Assembly (NCBI GenBank): GCA_047619225.1
Contig: JBLHJX010000002.1
Span: forward strand, 4,410-68,409
Source of the DNA: Candidatus Latescibacterota bacterium
GTDB taxonomy: Bacteria; Latescibacterota; UBA2968
Length of the DNA: 64,000 bases
Direction: 5' to 3'
Part shown: positions 1 through 8,911 of the stretch, in pieces
Layout: each line of letters starts with the position of its first letter
Numbering within the stretch: position 1 is the stretch's first letter
Made by a program: the position numbers and the translations under genes
Notes under the pieces: generated by a model
The model's input: the letters and a program-made list of their open reading frames with translations, nothing else
Told to the model about the DNA's origin: nothing
The model's database searches: none

Positions 1-1008
1 ACTGGTTCCGTTGATACAGGCCATTGCGTCATTGGAGATGGGCACATTGCACAGATCACAGAGTGTGGGTAAGAAATCGATATTGGCGGTGAGGGTGTCT
101 ATGTTAAGGCTCTCGGTATATCCGCCAGCGGGCCAGTGCATGAAGAATGGCACGCGGTGTCCGCCATCGTATTCAGAGCCCTTTTGACCACGTAAGCCTG
201 CGTTATAGCCATTTTCTACAAACCCATGGCGGTCTAATTGGCATCCTGCGGCGGTGCCATTGTCTGTCATGAAAATGAAGATGGTGTTCTGGTCGAGATT
301 TTTTTCTTTGAGGAAGTTGCGCATGCGTCCTACATTTTCGTCGATGTTGGTGATCATGCCATAGAAGCGTTTGCGTTGTTCGGGGATGTCGTCGCCATCG
401 TATAATTCGCGATAGGGGTCGGGTACGTTAAAGGGGCTGTGGGGGGCATTGGTGGGCACATAACAAAAGAATGGCTCATCGTCGCATCGTTCAATAAACT
501 TCATAGCCTCATCGAACCAGATGTCGGTGCAATATCCGCGGAAGGGTTCAGGTTCGCCATTGCGGAAGTAAGTGTCATTGAAGTAGGTATTGCCCCAATA
601 GTCGGGGGTTTGGTGGACGCCACCACCGCCGTGGTAGAGGGCTTCATCAAATCCACGGTTGTGTGGATGAAAGGGATAATTATCGCCCAAGTGCCATTTG
701 CCAAACATGCCCGTGTGATAACCGGCGGCTTTGAAAAAGTCGGCAATGGTGGTTTCATCGGCGCGTAGGAGAGATCGCCCGCCAATGGTGTGCCAGACGC
801 CGGTGCAGTTGCAGTAGCGACCGGTTAGGAGTCCGGCGCGTGTGGGGGCGCAGGTGGGGCCGACGTGGTAGTTGGTGAAGTGGGTGCTTTCGGTGTAGAG
901 GTGATCGATGTTGGGGGTTTGGATGATGTCGTTGCCGTGGCAGCCGAGGTCACCATATCCTTGGTCATCTGTGATGACAAATACGACGTTTGGGTTTTTG
1001 GATGGCAT
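1..1008 (-). CDS. Formylglycine-type sulfatase, 5' part only (C-terminus lies left of the window)
   Basis: Absent from the ORF track because no stop codon is reached. My translation of the minus strand from ATG 1008 gives MPSKNPNVVFVITDDQGYGDLGCHGND...NYHVGPTCAPTRAGLLTGR. This shows the sulfatase DDQG start and the C-x-P-x-R (CAPTR) formylglycine motif. Track ORFs 439..768, 501..785 and 825..1142 are shadows of it. Confidence 0.85.
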   Translation of the reverse strand, partial: MPSKNPNVVFVITDDQGYGDLGCHGNDIIQTPNIDHLYTESTHFTNYHVGPTCAPTRAGLLTGRYCNCTGVWHTIGGRSLLRADETTIADFFKAAGYHTGMFGKWHLGDNYPFHPHNRGFDEALYHGGGGVHQTPDYWGNTYFNDTYFRNGEPEPFRGYCTDIWFDEAMKFIERCDDEPFFCYVPTNAPHSPFNVPDPYRELYDGDDIPEQRKRFYGMITNIDENVGRMRNFLKEKNLDQNTIFIFMTDNGTAAGCQLDRHGFVENGYNAGLRGQKGSEYDGGHRVPFFMHWPAGGYTESLNIDTLTANIDFLPTLCDLCNVPISNDAMACINGTS

Positions 1009-1209
1009 GTTTGCTCCTTGGGATGAAATTTTTTGTGGATGCTCACAATATATAGGCCCACGGGGTGCGATGCCATCATGAAACTCAGTGCCAATGGAAA
1101 TGGTGCGCTGTGATCGATTACTTTTGTTGATTTTTTAGTCAAATTTGGTGACCTTATTGCTTGGTTGATTTTTTACCAACGCGTTGATCATACATCGGAG
1201 GATTGCGAG

Positions 1210-2013
1210 ATGACAATTACGGATGCACAGTGGGAACAATATGATGAAGATGGGTTTTTGAAATTGGGTAAGGTGCTCGATGAAACACAATTGCAGGCTT
1301 TGCAGGATCGTATTGATGAGATTATGTTGGGTAAAAGCCGAGTCGGTTATGATAAGATTATGATGCAGTTGGACAGTGATACGGGTAAGTATGGTGATGT
1401 TGGACCACAGACCAATGGGTTAAAAACACCGACGTTGAATTATCGCAAGATCCAGGGGCTTGAGTTTGATCCGGTGTTTTTGGAATATGTGCAAGACCCT
1501 ATATTCAAAGAAATATGTGCACATATATATGGGCCAGATACACCCATTGCTTCTTTTCGATCTATGTTTATGAACAAACCCGCCAACAAAGGCACCGTTT
1601 TGCCGTGGCATCAAGACCGTTGGAATACGTTGGATCGCGATCCTTTGCTGACGGTATATACGGCTTTGGACCCGGCAACGAAAGAAAACGGGTGTGTGCA
1701 GATTATTCCAAAGAGTCATAAAATCGGCGTTATTAATCCAAGTCATCCGTCGGGGTTTTTGACGCCTGAATTGGCGGAGGTTCATTGCAAACCAGAAGAC
1801 ACGCTTTTTCTTGAACTTGAAGCGGGTGAGGTGGCGCTGTTGCACAATTGGACGTTGCACAGTTCCGATGTGAATCGCAGTGATCAGTCTCGTCGTGCAT
1901 TTAGTGTGTCTTATATGGACGCGGAAACGGTTAATACGCGTAAAAATGCATTGGCTTCTGAGTCGGTAGTTTTTGGTGAGGGTGCGCTAACGGTTGAGCA
2001 TGCGGTTGCTTAG
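1210..2013 (+). CDS. Phytanoyl-CoA dioxygenase (PhyH) family Fe(II)/2-oxoglutarate oxygenase
   Basis: Track ORF 1165..2013. I prefer ATG 1210, which has GGAGGA 8 nt upstream. The MTITDAQWEQYDEDGFLKLGKVL start and the LPWHQD (HxD) motif are typical of PhyH. Confidence 0.8.
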   Translation: MTITDAQWEQYDEDGFLKLGKVLDETQLQALQDRIDEIMLGKSRVGYDKIMMQLDSDTGKYGDVGPQTNGLKTPTLNYRKIQGLEFDPVFLEYVQDPIFKEICAHIYGPDTPIASFRSMFMNKPANKGTVLPWHQDRWNTLDRDPLLTVYTALDPATKENGCVQIIPKSHKIGVINPSHPSGFLTPELAEVHCKPEDTLFLELEAGEVALLHNWTLHSSDVNRSDQSRRAFSVSYMDAETVNTRKNALASESVVFGEGALTVEHAVA

Positions 2014-2090
2014 ACCCCCTCGATCCTTGGTTGAAAAAGAGGGCGGATATAAGATTATGTTACCACTTAAATTTAACAACAGAGGGCAAG

Positions 2091-2936
2091 ATGGGGTTTG
2101 GATTGACGCAAGAACAGATCAATCAGTTTCACGATGAAGGGTATTTGATTTTGCCTGCTGTGTTTGATGCAGATGAAGTGCAGAAAATGCGGGAAGAGGC
2201 AGATTTCATTTTGGAGCTAACGATTAATTCTTCAATTTGCAATGATCGCAAGAGTCGCCGGTTAGATATTCGGAGTGTTTCTGCGGGTTATCAGGTGGTG
2301 CGCAAGGTTCAGCCGATTAATGATCTGTCTTTGTACTTGGCGCAAGTGTCTGCCGATGACCGGTTGGTGAAGCCGTTGGCACAGTTGATGGATGATACGC
2401 CTGTTTTGATGGAAGAAAAGTTGAATTATAAAGAGCCTTTGCCAAATGCTGTGGACATTGACTCCCCTGAGGTTGAAGACCAGTTTCCGGTGCATAACGA
2501 TTGGGCTTATTATGCAGCACAAAATTATCCCCAATCGATTATTTCATCTGCAATTAGTATGGATGAATGCACGCCCAAATCAGGGCCGCTACGAATTTGG
2601 CCTGGGTCTCATAAACAACATTTGGAACATGAGAAGATGCCATTGGGTTTACAGATAAAAGAGGGGCTAATTGATTTTGACGGTGGGCAAGATGTGTTGT
2701 GTCCGGCTGGGTCAGTGATGCTGTTTCATACGGTTTTGGTGCATAACTCGCGTGCCAATACGTCGGGCAAACCACGACGGTTGATGATTTACAGCCATTA
2801 TCCAGAATCGGCAAACATGGGAATTGATGTGCGCAATGGGCCAACGAGGCTGAGAGAGTCGCCGTATGAATTGGCGTATTTGCGAGCAAAAGATAAAGGT
2901 TTGTTTGCGGATGTGTTTTCGGCTCCGGTGTTTTAG
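2091..2936 (+). CDS. Second PhyH-family oxygenase (paralogue-like)
   Basis: Track ORF 2031..2936. ATG 2091 gives MGFGLTQEQINQFHDEGYLILPAVF. It has the FPVHNDW HxD motif and a distal His in LFHTVLVHNS. Confidence 0.8.
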   Translation: MGFGLTQEQINQFHDEGYLILPAVFDADEVQKMREEADFILELTINSSICNDRKSRRLDIRSVSAGYQVVRKVQPINDLSLYLAQVSADDRLVKPLAQLMDDTPVLMEEKLNYKEPLPNAVDIDSPEVEDQFPVHNDWAYYAAQNYPQSIISSAISMDECTPKSGPLRIWPGSHKQHLEHEKMPLGLQIKEGLIDFDGGQDVLCPAGSVMLFHTVLVHNSRANTSGKPRRLMIYSHYPESANMGIDVRNGPTRLRESPYELAYLRAKDKGLFADVFSAPVF

Positions 2937-2967
2937 AGAGATTATTTTTTAGAGGTGAGACAATAAT

Positions 2968-3007
2968 AAAACCCGTCAAGGCATTGTGCTTTGACGGGTT
3001 TTGTATT
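2968..3007. terminator. Bidirectional intrinsic terminator between convergent genes
   Basis: Stem ACCCGTCAA (2971-2979) / TTGACGGGT (2991-2999) with an 11-nt loop, an A-run before and a T-run after. Confidence 0.6.
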
Positions 3008-3026
3008 TTCAAGAGTTTGATGGGTT

Positions 3027-3332
3027 TTACGATTCGTAATCAAAGACCAACACATCATCTACCAAGGGGCGCAAGAGGGTTGCTCCAAGTTCTTGGTGAT
3101 CGGGGTGTGGCAAGTACGCATCACGCGCAGCGGCATTGGTAAAGCGCATGGTGAATCCCCATGTGAACCCATGTTCTTTGCCTTCGGGGCTGTTGTTGTA
3201 TCCGGCAGTGACAGATTCTATGCCGGGGATGGTACCTTTTTCTTTTAGGACAATGAGGCCGTCATGGAGGGCTTGGGTTTGGGCCTCGGTGACGCCGTCT
3301 TTGAGGTTGAGCAATACGATGTGTTCGATCAT
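3027..3332 (-). CDS. Dabb (stress-responsive A/B-barrel) domain protein
   Basis: 101 aa. The pattern MIEHIVLLNLKDGVT...GFTWGF...RDAYLPHPDHQ is typical of the Dabb family. Confidence 0.75.
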   Translation of the reverse strand: MIEHIVLLNLKDGVTEAQTQALHDGLIVLKEKGTIPGIESVTAGYNNSPEGKEHGFTWGFTMRFTNAAARDAYLPHPDHQELGATLLRPLVDDVLVFDYES

Positions 3333-3403
3333 TGAGGTTCCTTTGAAATCGCAGAGCGCATAGAACGGGGCGCAGAGCGTTTGAGGTGATACTGGAACAG
3401 AGG

Positions 3404-3970
3404 TTAATTAGCGATTTTGGTTTCGATGGCCTCTTGGAGTTCGGCTGGGCTGAAACCGCCTGGGCCTCGGGCACCGGGGTAAAGCACACGTTGATCTGTG
3501 TCGATGAGGTAGAGACGTTCGGGCCAAGCGGCATAGGCGATCATGACGGCATCGTCTATTTCATCAACATAGGTTTTGATGCCGTATTGCATAGATATTT
3601 CGCATTGACCTGCAACTTGGCGGCGTTCTTCAATGGTGGTGGGGTCGTAAATACCGGTGTCTTTGAGTTTCCAACCGTTTTCGGGATGTGCTTCGCGAAT
3701 GTAGATGACGAGGAATTGGATTTGTTTGTTGTATTGTGCATACAGGTCACGGAGGCTGACCGCCTCACGAACAAAGGGCGGTCATGTAAAACTGCCGAAA
3801 ACGAGGGCAACGGGGTTTTCTTTGCAGAGGTTGGATAGACGAATAGGATTTTCGCCGTTGGCATCATGCAGTTCAAAATCGGGTGCAAGGGTTCCTGTTT
3901 TGGGTGCAAGCGGGTCGTAGTGGTCGAGCCATGCGTGGGCGTCGTCTCGGCTCTGAAATGTTTGGGACAT
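3404..3970 (-). CDS. Iodothyronine-deiodinase-like thioredoxin-fold selenoprotein (188 codons, UGA = Sec at 3782-3784)
   Basis: The track splits it into 3782..3970 and 3404..3592. Both pieces are in the same frame, and the stretch between is open except for TGA 3782-3784. Read-through gives ...PVALVFGSFT-U-PPFVREAVSLRDLYAQYNKQIQFLVIYIREAHPENGW...AWPERLYLIDTDQRVLYPGARGPGGF. This matches the deiodinase FGSxT-U-PxF active site and the FLVIYIxEAH, ERLYxI and GxGP blocks. Confidence 0.8.
3752..3784 (-). promoter_or_regulatory. Candidate bacterial SECIS element
   Basis: The mRNA reads UGACCGCCCUUUGUUCGUGAGGCGGUCAGCCUCCGU. Two alternative hairpins are possible. One is UGACCGCC/GGCGGUCA (8 bp, includes the UGA; 3757-3784). 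The other is GAGGC-GGUCA-GCCUC (3752-3766), which starts 15 nt after the UGA and has a G/U-containing apical loop like fdhF-type bSECIS. Confidence 0.4.
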
Positions 3971-4078
3971 GGAGAAATCCTTCTATTTTTTCTCATAAAA
4001 GTAAAGAGAAAAGTGAGCGATTGAACATCGGTGTAAGGTATTTGGATTGCGACTAATGAATGGTGTAAAATTGAAAAG

Positions 4079-4255
4079 TCAATTTGAAAAGCATCGCCCC
4101 ATGTTGAGACTGTAACAAGCCTTGACCTTTTCACGCATCGGTTCAAAGTCAATGGCTCCTTTGACCTGGCGCAGGTCATGATCGACCGGAATCAGCTTTG
4201 CAAAAACGAGGGGATCTGTCTCAGCCACCTGGGTGTAGCAGTCTGATTTGACCAT
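4079..4255 (-). pseudogene. Relic of a DDE transposase N-terminus (IS5/IS1182-like), about 58 codons
   Basis: The sequence ...DPLVFAKLIPVDHDLRQVKGAIDFEPMREKVKACYSLNMGR is followed by a stop. It resembles the LIPxDHxLRxI..DFxxxRxxxxxxYSxxGRP start of IS5/IS1182 transposases. The catalytic part is absent. Confidence 0.35.
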
Positions 4256-4397
4256 TCTTCTAATCCTTGTCATATACGTGATCTCGCAGCCCTTGGCATA
4301 CAAATGAACCCTGTTTGATCTATAACACGATATCATATTGACTCTTTTCCACTTTTTAAACACGCTATTCAGGGACCAAGGCGGGCCTTTCAAGTGT

Positions 4398-4432
4398 TCA
4401 TTATCGGACACCACGGTATCATTACCGGACAC
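4398..4432 (+). promoter_or_regulatory. Two 14-bp direct repeats TCATTAYCGGACAC spaced 21 bp; candidate activator binding sites
   Basis: TCATTATCGGACAC lies at 4398-4411 and TCATTACCGGACAC at 4419-4432. Both are 65-100 bp upstream of the putative -24/-12 element at 4496. Confidence 0.35.
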
Positions 4433-4495
4433 TTTTTGAATTCGTCCATTTGACCCAAAACACATAACTCATTGTAAAAACTGACATTACCCATT

Positions 4496-4511
4496 TGGCA
4501 CACATATCGCT
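4496..4511 (+). promoter_or_regulatory. Candidate sigma-54 (-24/-12) promoter
   Basis: TGGCAC-ACATA-TCGCT compared with the consensus TGGCAC-N5-TTGCW. The GG and GC dinucleotides are correctly spaced. It lies about 47 nt upstream of ATG 4558. Confidence 0.45.
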
Positions 4512-4557
4512 ATAGTAGAAGGCATCACCTTTTTACTTCTACCACAAGGACAGTGCC

Positions 4558-6213
4558 ATGATGAAACTCCTCGGACGTTCAAACAAAGTCGGTCACCTCA
4601 GCTCTCCCGACCGCAAAACCGACCACCAGGTCATCCACCTCAATATTAACCAATGTTTCGCCGACAGCACAAATGCTTTAAAACAACATCCCACATTGCT
4701 GTTGGGCACATCGCTGATCACACTGATCCTAAGTGCTGTTTCGGGCACGCTCCTCATCGGCAGTCTCTATGCAGGTTTGCTGGCCATCCTACTCAAAACA
4801 TTGGACGGCAACACACCCACTTGGCGCGATCTGTTTGGCCAGCTCAAACAATTTCCAAGCTTCTTTTTAGTGGTCGTGTTTTCAATTGTCGCCATTCTCA
4901 CAAGCATCCTTTTGGCACTCACCCCCTTCGTCATCCTCAATTGGTACACCCTCCTATGGGATGTAACACTGCCCGTGTGGGATCGCTTAATCCAATTGCT
5001 AACACAAGTGCAACATGTCTCTTGGGGATATCGCCTGGCATTTTTCTCTTTTGCCATTGGCATATGCTACTTTCTCATGCCGCAAATTTTCGCAGGCGTA
5101 CAATGTTTCTATATCTTGCCTCTCAAAGCCGAACGCAAACTTCCCATCGATGAAGCCTATGTAGAAAGCAAAAAAGCCGTCCAACGAAGTGGCTTTAAAC
5201 AACATCTGTTACTCATCCTCACCATCTTATGGATACTGGTAATCAGCTTAGAAAGCTTTGCTGCCGCAACAAATTCCGTGCTCGAAATGATCGGGTTTAT
5301 CGCCCTGTTCGTCTTCCTACAACCTCTTTTACTCGGCCTCTTGGCTTCGGCCTATCATCAAACACTCCGAGTAGAAGCCCATCAAAAAGAACAACACGAA
5401 GAACACGTTGTTGATATGACAGACGAACTCAAAACCGCACGCGACATGCAACTGAGCCTTCTCCCCTCCGAAAACCCAAATCTCAAAGGCTACGAGCTCG
5501 ACGACATCTGCATCCCCGCCAACGCCGTATGTGGCGACTATTATACCTATCGCTGGCTCGATGATCGCCACTTTGCCCTCATCGCCGCCGACGTCTCTGG
5601 CAAAGCCATGCAAGCAGCCGTAACTGCTGTGCGTTTTAACGAAATGGTCCGCTACGAATGCAAAGGACGCACCGATCCCGCCGAAATCTTAGACGGCCTC
5701 GACGCATCCCTCGAAGATCAAATTGGCATGATGAGCTTCATCACCTGCTGCGTCGTAGTACTCGACACCCACACAAACACCATCGAAATTTCAAACGCCG
5801 GTCACTGCGAACCCTGCATCTTCTCACACCAAACAGGCCAAACCGAAATGATCTCTCTACCCGGCTTCCCTTTGGCTCTCGCCAGAAGTCTGCGTCCCCA
5901 AACCGGCTATGAAAAATACCAAACCACCCTCGAACCCGGCGACACACTGTTCCTCTACTCCGACGGCGTCGTCGAAGCCCGAAGCAAAGCCGGCGAGTTA
6001 TACGAAGACGAACGCTTGATCAAACTCTTAACCCGATCAGGCAACCGACTCAACCCAAAAGAAATTATTGACCACGTCGTCCAAGCAGTCGAACGTCACA
6101 TCGGCAACGCCCCTCCATCCGACGACATCTCTATGATCGCACTCAAACGACAAATAAATACAAATGATTCCAACTCAGAAAAAACACCCAACTTACAAAC
6201 AGCAACAAAATAA
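4558..6213 (+). CDS. Membrane-anchored PP2C (SpoIIE/RsbU-type) serine phosphatase
   Basis: 551 aa. The N-terminal half is multi-TM. The C-terminus carries DMQLSLLP...GDYYTYRWLDDRHFALIAADVSGKAMQAA...LFLYSDGVVEA...DDISMIAL. It is a paralogue of 12837..14396. Confidence 0.85.
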   Translation: MMKLLGRSNKVGHLSSPDRKTDHQVIHLNINQCFADSTNALKQHPTLLLGTSLITLILSAVSGTLLIGSLYAGLLAILLKTLDGNTPTWRDLFGQLKQFPSFFLVVVFSIVAILTSILLALTPFVILNWYTLLWDVTLPVWDRLIQLLTQVQHVSWGYRLAFFSFAIGICYFLMPQIFAGVQCFYILPLKAERKLPIDEAYVESKKAVQRSGFKQHLLLILTILWILVISLESFAAATNSVLEMIGFIALFVFLQPLLLGLLASAYHQTLRVEAHQKEQHEEHVVDMTDELKTARDMQLSLLPSENPNLKGYELDDICIPANAVCGDYYTYRWLDDRHFALIAADVSGKAMQAAVTAVRFNEMVRYECKGRTDPAEILDGLDASLEDQIGMMSFITCCVVVLDTHTNTIEISNAGHCEPCIFSHQTGQTEMISLPGFPLALARSLRPQTGYEKYQTTLEPGDTLFLYSDGVVEARSKAGELYEDERLIKLLTRSGNRLNPKEIIDHVVQAVERHIGNAPPSDDISMIALKRQINTNDSNSEKTPNLQTATK

Positions 6214-6267
6214 AACGCAAAGTGCGTAGCGCAAAACGTGTTTAATACTTTACCAATTTTACGACCC

Positions 6268-6379
6268 TAAGATTTTGACTCCAACGCCTTTCATCCCCTT
6301 CAGGGGACCGAGGGGTGCCTTTAAGATTTTGACTCCAATGCCTTTCATCCCCTTTAGGGGACCGAGGGGTGCCTTTAAG
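6268..6379 (+). repeat. Two tandem copies of a 54-bp unit, each containing the 34-bp GC-hairpin core
   Basis: Unit TAAGATTTTGACTCCAAYGCCTTTCATCCCCTTYAGGGGACCGAGGGGTGCCTT occurs at 6268-6321 and 6322-6375, and a third unit starts as TAAGA. Two substitutions separate the copies. Confidence 0.85.
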
Positions 6380-6389
6380 AGGTTATCAA

Positions 6390-8789
6390 ATGTTCAAAAA
6401 CTACATCACCGTCGCCATCCGCAACCTCGCACGCCACAAGGCATATACGTTCATCAACATCATCGGTCTCGCAATCGGCCTCACGTGCAGCACGCTGATT
6501 TTGCTCTACCTCCAGCACGAATTCAGCTATGACAGCCACCACACCAAAGCCGACCGCATTCATCGCGTCATCGCAGAACAACAGCTTTCCAATGGCGACA
6601 TAACCCATCCCTATGGTGTTCAAGGCCCTGTTGCATCTGCATTGGCAGAAGATTTCCCCGAGATTGAACGCACAACGCGGTTTTATCAACGGCCTGTAGC
6701 TATTCGCGTAGAAAACAAACTGCATCTCAGAAACGGTGTGACGATCGCCGATCAAGAATTCTTCAACGTTTTTGACTATCCACTCATTGAAGGCAATGCA
6801 CAAACGGGTTTGCAAACCCCATATTCTATCTTCATCACAGAGACATTAGCACACAAGTTGTTTGGCAATGAAAGCCCCATGAACAAAACCATCACTTTAG
6901 AAAGCAAATGGTTTGACAACACCTATACCATCACAGGCATCCTCAAAGACATACCCGCAACCAGTTCACGAGAACTTGCGTCTGCCCTCATCACAACGAC
7001 GTTCCCATCTAAAGATCCAAAGTATATGAATGAAATACAGACCAATTGGGATGGACTTTTCATTTCATTCACGTACATACTCATCAAACCAAATGCATCC
7101 ATTGATGCCCTAACAAAAAAATTGCCTGACTTTATAAGCCGACATACAGACAAAGAATTCACGCAAAACCTCAGTTACAAGCTCATGCCGCTCAAGCAAC
7201 TGTACCTTCAAGGACGCAACTATGGTATTCCTGGAAACAATGGGGATATCAACGCCTGCTACGCATTTGGCCTGATCGGCCTGTTCATTCTCATTGTCGC
7301 CTGTATCAATTTCATGAACCTATCCACAGCCCGCTCTGCCCGAAGAATGCGCGAAGTGGGCATGCGCAAAGTCGTGGGTGCCAAACGCACACAACTGATC
7401 TATCAGTTCTTAGGCGAATCCATTTTACTATCAACGCTTGCGCTCATTCTATCTCTGGGCCTTACCGAACTCACCTTGCCTCATCTCAATGGATTTATGA
7501 ACATACAGCTATCACTGGACGCGGGTCTTTTACCTCTGTTAGTCGGTCTTGCTATTGGGGTTGGTTTATTATCTGGCAGTTATCCAGCCTTATTCCTCTC
7601 ATCTTTCAAACCCACAGCAGTGCTCACAAAAGCACCAATAACCAAAGGCCGCCATGCCCTTGTTCGCAAAGGATTGGTCGTCGTCCAATTTGCCATCTCA
7701 ATGATCCTTATCGCCGCCACCATCATCGTCTCTGAACAAACAGAATACATGCGCACAGCAGATTTAGGTTTTAAGTCTGAGACCCTTGTCGAAATGAGAG
7801 GGTTGTGGGGTGTAAAAGCGCAAGCTGAAGCGATGAAATCTCAATACCTACAACATGCGGGTGTACACCAAGTCACAATGATGCACGCCACTGTAGGCAA
7901 CGAAACGGATATAAATACCCGATTTGTTTCTACCCAAAGTATGGAAAATCCCGTAAGAGTCTATTTTGCACTGACCGACCACGATTTTCTCAACACCTAC
8001 CAAATCCCCCTGCTATCAGGTCGCAATTTTACCCCACAAGATTATTCAGTATTCGAATCTTGGGATTTTCGCAACGCGTCCAAAGTATTAATCAATGAAA
8101 CAGCGGCCAAACAACTAAACGTTCAAGTAGGAGACCACATCGACTTCACAGGCGCATCACGTGAAGTCATTGGCATTTTCCAAGATTTCCACAACCAATC
8201 CCTACACAAAGCCATTCGTCCACTCATGCTCCTGCATTCACGAAGCGACCTACAGGTTTTCATGACCCTACGCATCAACACCAAAAACCTGCCCGATGTC
8301 ATGGCCCATTTAGAAACCGTCTGGAAAAACTTCCACCCAGGCCGCCCCTCCCGATTTGTGTTCGTCAACGATTCATTTGACCAACAATACCAAACCGAAA
8401 TACAACAACGACAACTCTATGCCGTTTGCTCCGGCCTGGCAATCGCAATCGCCTGCCTCGGCCTGCTCGGTCTCATCGCCTACACCGCCGAAGTACGCAC
8501 CAAAGAAATTGGCATCCGTAAAGTCTTAGGTGCAACAGACTACAGCATTGTAAGCTTGCTCTCAAAAGAGTTCCTAATCCTCGTCGCCTTAGCCAGTCTA
8601 CTCGCCTGGCCCATTGCCTACTACACCATGAACGACTGGCTCCAAAACTTCGCCTATCGCATTGACCTGAGCCCCGTCTACTTCCTCATCAGCACAAGCA
8701 CTGCACTCATCATCACACTCATCACCATTGCCTATCAAGCCCTCAAAGCCGCACGCGCAAATCCCATCGAGGCATTACGATATGAATAA
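6390..8789 (+). CDS. ABC transporter permease, MacB/FtsX-like with two FtsX modules
   Basis: Track ORF 6369..8789. ATG 6390 gives MFKNYITVAIRNLARHKAYTFINIIGLAIGL, the canonical start of this family. TM clusters occur in the middle and at the C-terminus. Confidence 0.85.
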   Translation: MFKNYITVAIRNLARHKAYTFINIIGLAIGLTCSTLILLYLQHEFSYDSHHTKADRIHRVIAEQQLSNGDITHPYGVQGPVASALAEDFPEIERTTRFYQRPVAIRVENKLHLRNGVTIADQEFFNVFDYPLIEGNAQTGLQTPYSIFITETLAHKLFGNESPMNKTITLESKWFDNTYTITGILKDIPATSSRELASALITTTFPSKDPKYMNEIQTNWDGLFISFTYILIKPNASIDALTKKLPDFISRHTDKEFTQNLSYKLMPLKQLYLQGRNYGIPGNNGDINACYAFGLIGLFILIVACINFMNLSTARSARRMREVGMRKVVGAKRTQLIYQFLGESILLSTLALILSLGLTELTLPHLNGFMNIQLSLDAGLLPLLVGLAIGVGLLSGSYPALFLSSFKPTAVLTKAPITKGRHALVRKGLVVVQFAISMILIAATIIVSEQTEYMRTADLGFKSETLVEMRGLWGVKAQAEAMKSQYLQHAGVHQVTMMHATVGNETDINTRFVSTQSMENPVRVYFALTDHDFLNTYQIPLLSGRNFTPQDYSVFESWDFRNASKVLINETAAKQLNVQVGDHIDFTGASREVIGIFQDFHNQSLHKAIRPLMLLHSRSDLQVFMTLRINTKNLPDVMAHLETVWKNFHPGRPSRFVFVNDSFDQQYQTEIQQRQLYAVCSGLAIAIACLGLLGLIAYTAEVRTKEIGIRKVLGATDYSIVSLLSKEFLILVALASLLAWPIAYYTMNDWLQNFAYRIDLSPVYFLISTSTALIITLITIAYQALKAARANPIEALRYE

Positions 8790-8879
8790 AAAAATCGCCT
8801 GATTATTTTAAAATAACCAAGCGCAATAAACGATCTGATCAAGAAACACATCCGGAAGAATCATCAAACGGTTAACCTG

Positions 8880-8909
8880 TCATCCCCATTAGAGGACCGA
8901 GAGGTGCCT
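8880..8909 (+). repeat. Degenerate copy of the GC-hairpin core
   Basis: TCATCCCCATTAGAGGACCGAGAGGTGCCT compared with the core TCATCCCCTTTAGGGGACCGAGGGGTGCCT. Confidence 0.6.
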
Positions 8910-8911
8910 AT

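Noticed and set aside
3556-4179. 207-aa minus-strand ORF overlapping the selenoprotein gene
   Set aside because: It is in a different frame from the deiodinase-like reading frame, has no recognisable motifs and has skewed composition. The Sec-containing frame explains the region.
6268-6379. CRISPR array
   Set aside because: The repeats are directly abutting 54-bp units without spacers, and no cas genes are in the window.
6275-6532. ORF translating the 54-bp tandem repeat (PFIPFRGPRGAFK twice)
   Set aside because: The amino-acid repeat simply mirrors the DNA tandem repeat. The ORF then runs out of frame into the permease gene, and it has no RBS.
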